Shown here: positions 34,775 through 37,506 of the stretch, piece by piece
Layout: each line of letters begins with the position of its first letter
Numbering within the stretch: position 1 is the first letter of the stretch
Source of the DNA: Candidatus Sulfidibacterium sp.
GTDB lineage: Bacteria; Bacteroidota; Bacteroidia; Bacteroidales; F082
Direction of reading: 5' to 3'
DNA: 37,506 bases
Assembly (NCBI GenBank): GCA_046706345.1
Contig: JBJKPL010000280.1
Location: 1-37,506, forward strand
Notes under the pieces: model-generated
What the model was told of the DNA's origin: nothing
Seen by the model: only the letters and a program-made list of their open reading frames with translations
Database searches by the model: none
Translations under genes and position numbers: made by a program

Positions 34775-36460
34775 TTATTGTAATTCTAATGTAATAGGAT
34801 TCAGTGTTCTGACACTTCCGTCGGGACCCTTGGCCACAATATTCTCGAAGAAGAACTTCTGATGCGGACGTGCATTCCGGATCAGGTCATTGATCTCCGG
34901 GGTAAAACGGTTTCCCGTGATGTTTTTCGGGATCCAGTCGCCGTTGATCAGGGTGGCGAAAGTATAAGAAGAAACTGTAAAATAGACGTCAAACTCAAAG
35001 TCCTTCATGTTCGGGATGATGGCTCCTGCGGCCAGGAAGGTATTCCTGTCGATGGTACCATTGGTCTGCCCTGCTATCTGGGCCACCGGGTCGGGAACGC
35101 GTTTCACCCTGAAAAGCGATTTTCCCAGCGACACCCTTCTTCCGTTGACTTCTGCCGTAGCCGAAATATACACCTGGTTATCCGGTACCGGCTTTTTGAT
35201 CATCACCTCCCAGGTACGACCCTCTTTGGTCAGGGTTCCGGAGGTAATGGAAGGATGGATCTTTTCGTCGGGGATTCCCGGCGAGGTAATCGAAACCGGG
35301 TTTTTCAGCCCGATGTAGATGACATTCATTTTCAAGGGGGCCACCGTCAGCGAAGGCGGTGCCACGATATAACTTCCGTTGAAATTGTATTTTGCCACGG
35401 AATTGGTGGCGGGATTCACCATCTCGATGGTTCCGGCATATTTGTGCACTCCGGCACTTTTGGCCGGGAAATCCAGGCTGACGGTTCCGCCTTTACCATG
35501 GATCAGGGTGGCCCTGCCGATATTCCGGCTGGTGATGCTGTCGGCTCCGCTCAATACCCATACCTTGGGATTGGTTTTGGAGTCATAGGCGGCCACAAGG
35601 ACCTGTGCCTGATAGTGGTTTCCCTCCAGCACATAGGTGCTTTTAGGGATGATCTTGGCTTCGATGTGGTCGAATTTAAAGTCTTTCTCCGTTACGGAAC
35701 TGAACAGATAATTCATGGCATCGAATTCTGCGCCTTTCACGTCGGAGATGATCTTATTGATCAATGTGATGTCGGCTGCGAGAATGGTATAATAAAAGTT
35801 ATGATTTTCCCAATCCTGCTTTTGCCTGTCGGCGTTTCGGTAGATGATCTTTTTATCCCCCAGATAGTTGGTGATCAGGCCCACCTTGGTGGTGGTATCC
35901 GAAAGGTTCATCACCTGGATCATCTTGGCGCGGAAATCACCCATGATCTTACTCAGACGATAGGCTTCGCCGTTTTTCCTGGTCTCATTGCCAATCATAT
36001 AATTGGTCGGGTCATTATATTTGTCTTTGCTGGGCACTTTTTCAAGATCCAGAAATTTGGTCTTTTCCATGCTGCCCGGATGATAGGGATCGGGAACGAG
36101 CGAGTCGAAATAATAATGATTCATGACATAAGCCGAGTCCTTGTCTTCAGTAACTTCCACCAGTTTTAACTTCAAGTGCGTCAGATACCTAAGGATCTGA
36201 TCCGATTCGCTTTTCACGGTTTGGGCTTTTTGCCAAAACGGGCCTACTTTTTCTTTCTGAAGGGCGTATTGTTCTTCAAAACGGTTGTAGGTTGTGGCGA
36301 TTTTGGCGGTCATGCTCTGGTTGGTACTGACCATGCTGTCGTTCACGACCAAAAAGGCATCCAACACCTGCTTCGATACATTCAGTGCCAGCAATGCATA
36401 CAGCACCAAATACATCATCGAGATCATCTTTTGCCGGGGTGTCTCTTTATATCCAGCCAT
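34775..36460 (-). CDS. gldM: T9SS/gliding motility motor protein GldM (PorM)
   Basis: MAGYKETPRQKMISMMYLVLYALLALNVSKQVLDAF N-terminus, KMNVIYIGLKNPVSI, FRVKRVPDP. Confidence 0.95.
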   Translation of the reverse strand: MAGYKETPRQKMISMMYLVLYALLALNVSKQVLDAFLVVNDSMVSTNQSMTAKIATTYNRFEEQYALQKEKVGPFWQKAQTVKSESDQILRYLTHLKLKLVEVTEDKDSAYVMNHYYFDSLVPDPYHPGSMEKTKFLDLEKVPSKDKYNDPTNYMIGNETRKNGEAYRLSKIMGDFRAKMIQVMNLSDTTTKVGLITNYLGDKKIIYRNADRQKQDWENHNFYYTILAADITLINKIISDVKGAEFDAMNYLFSSVTEKDFKFDHIEAKIIPKSTYVLEGNHYQAQVLVAAYDSKTNPKVWVLSGADSITSRNIGRATLIHGKGGTVSLDFPAKSAGVHKYAGTIEMVNPATNSVAKYNFNGSYIVAPPSLTVAPLKMNVIYIGLKNPVSITSPGIPDEKIHPSITSGTLTKEGRTWEVMIKKPVPDNQVYISATAEVNGRRVSLGKSLFRVKRVPDPVAQIAGQTNGTIDRNTFLAAGAIIPNMKDFEFDVYFTVSSYTFATLINGDWIPKNITGNRFTPEINDLIRNARPHQKFFFENIVAKGPDGSVRTLNPITLELQ

Positions 36461-36502
36461 TTAGTTTAATATTTTTGGATGGTTCTTTATTTTCAGCCCC
36501 TA

Positions 36503-37506
36503 TTACGACTGCTGGACGTTCATGGCCGTCAGCATGTTTCCGTAAACTTTGTTCAGCGTTCCCATACGTTTGGTCAGTGCTTCCATTTGGGTTGCAAAGT
36601 CGGAATTGAACTGAGTGGTCTTGTCCATACTTTCGTAAAGATTGTTCAGGGTATTTTTCATTTTTTCGGTGCTTTCCACAGCTTCGTTGGTATCTTTCAG
36701 CTGAATTTCGTAAATGGCGTTCAGTGCGGCCAGATTTTCAGCAACCTTTCTCAGCTGGGTATTGTAAGCGTCTCCTTCGATGTTGAAAAAGTCGAGGGCC
36801 TCTACTGATTTGGCCAGTAGGGAAGCGGATTTCTCATAGCTTTCGGCCATGGTTTGGGCCGACCGGGTGGCTTCTTTTACCGTGCCGGCAAACTCTTCCG
36901 TAGTATTTATGTTGGATTTGATGGTGTCGGCAGCCTGAGCGTAAGCTTCTGTCAGGATGCTGGCGCTTTCATTCACGGAGTTCATTTTTTGAGCATAACT
37001 CCCGGCCGCCTGCACATTTTCATCAATGGCCTGGCCCAGACTTCCTGCGGAATCGGCAGCCGTCTTCATCTTCTGACTAAACTCTTTGGAGGCCACGGAG
37101 GCATCGGTGAGGTCGGTCATTTTTTCCGTCGTTTGCGTCAGCTTTTCCAGTCCGGCTCCCAACCGGTCGATGGTATCCTGTTCGATATTGGCCTTCTTGA
37201 ACATATCATCCAGTTTCTGGGATGAGGTTTTGCCGTTGTTTGGTTTCTCCGCTCCTTCCACCGTATGATACATTCCGGAGAGTTCGGGGTATACCAGGCT
37301 CCAGTCCGGCTCCACGTGTGGTGGTTCAAACGAAGACATGAAAAATACAATCGCTTCGGTACCCAATCCGACGATCAGTGCGATATCAGCACCGGGATAG
37401 TGATTGATTTTAAACAAAGCCCCTATGAGAACTACGGAAGCTCCGATTCCGTAACCTTTTGCCATTACATTTCTGTAATTTCTTGTTCGAGTAAAATCTA
37501 ATAATG
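36503..37506 (-). CDS. gldL: T9SS/gliding motility motor protein GldL (PorL); true start probably just beyond the window edge
   Basis: YGIGASVVLIGALFKINH, GLGTEAIVFFMSSFEP, DWSLVYPEL, LNKVYGNMLTAM. The frame stays open upstream of ATG 37465 to the edge (..LLDFTRTRNYRNVMAK). Confidence 0.93.
   Translation of the reverse strand, partial: LLDFTRTRNYRNVMAKGYGIGASVVLIGALFKINHYPGADIALIVGLGTEAIVFFMSSFEPPHVEPDWSLVYPELSGMYHTVEGAEKPNNGKTSSQKLDDMFKKANIEQDTIDRLGAGLEKLTQTTEKMTDLTDASVASKEFSQKMKTAADSAGSLGQAIDENVQAAGSYAQKMNSVNESASILTEAYAQAADTIKSNINTTEEFAGTVKEATRSAQTMAESYEKSASLLAKSVEALDFFNIEGDAYNTQLRKVAENLAALNAIYEIQLKDTNEAVESTEKMKNTLNNLYESMDKTTQFNSDFATQMEALTKRMGTLNKVYGNMLTAMNVQQS

Noticed and set aside
34862-36169. 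435-aa plus-strand ORF opposite gldM, and similar long antisense ORFs (279-1085, 1977-2813, 13431-14252, 20283-21389, 32772-33590)
   Set aside because: Shadow frames of well-supported genes, expected from codon bias; no recognisable motifs.

Overview
A 37.5 kb, mostly core-genome region of a Bacteroidota bacterium, probably Bacteroidales-like. The assignment rests on gldLMN/porZ T9SS genes, recurrent TAnnTTTG -7 promoter boxes and AT-rich starts without Shine-Dalgarno sites. In order: a TetR-regulated TolC/HlyD/ABC efflux operon with a DUF2147 gene inside it; DUF3098-uppP-truB; queA; ispD; a SprT-like protease; mannose-1-phosphate guanylyltransferase; porZ-recO; lipA-lipB; mrdA-rodA; a GT2 plus flippase-like pair; ruvC; an M16 peptidase pair; polA; a small island of outer-membrane/secreted ORFans; recG; and gldL-gldM-gldN, with gldL cut by the window edge. 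No rRNA, tRNA, CRISPR array or transposase was seen. Two non-coding structures stand out. (1) A low-GC four-helix-bundle (IVS-protein/Avd-like) gene directly after the polA stop is bracketed by two mutually inverted arrays of 11-bp tandem repeats. (2) A roughly 280-bp degenerate 21-bp-period array at 30200-30477 is stop-free in one minus-strand frame and reads as P-x5-aromatic heptads, but has no start codon ahead of the repeats. Product calls come from motif recognition, not database searches.
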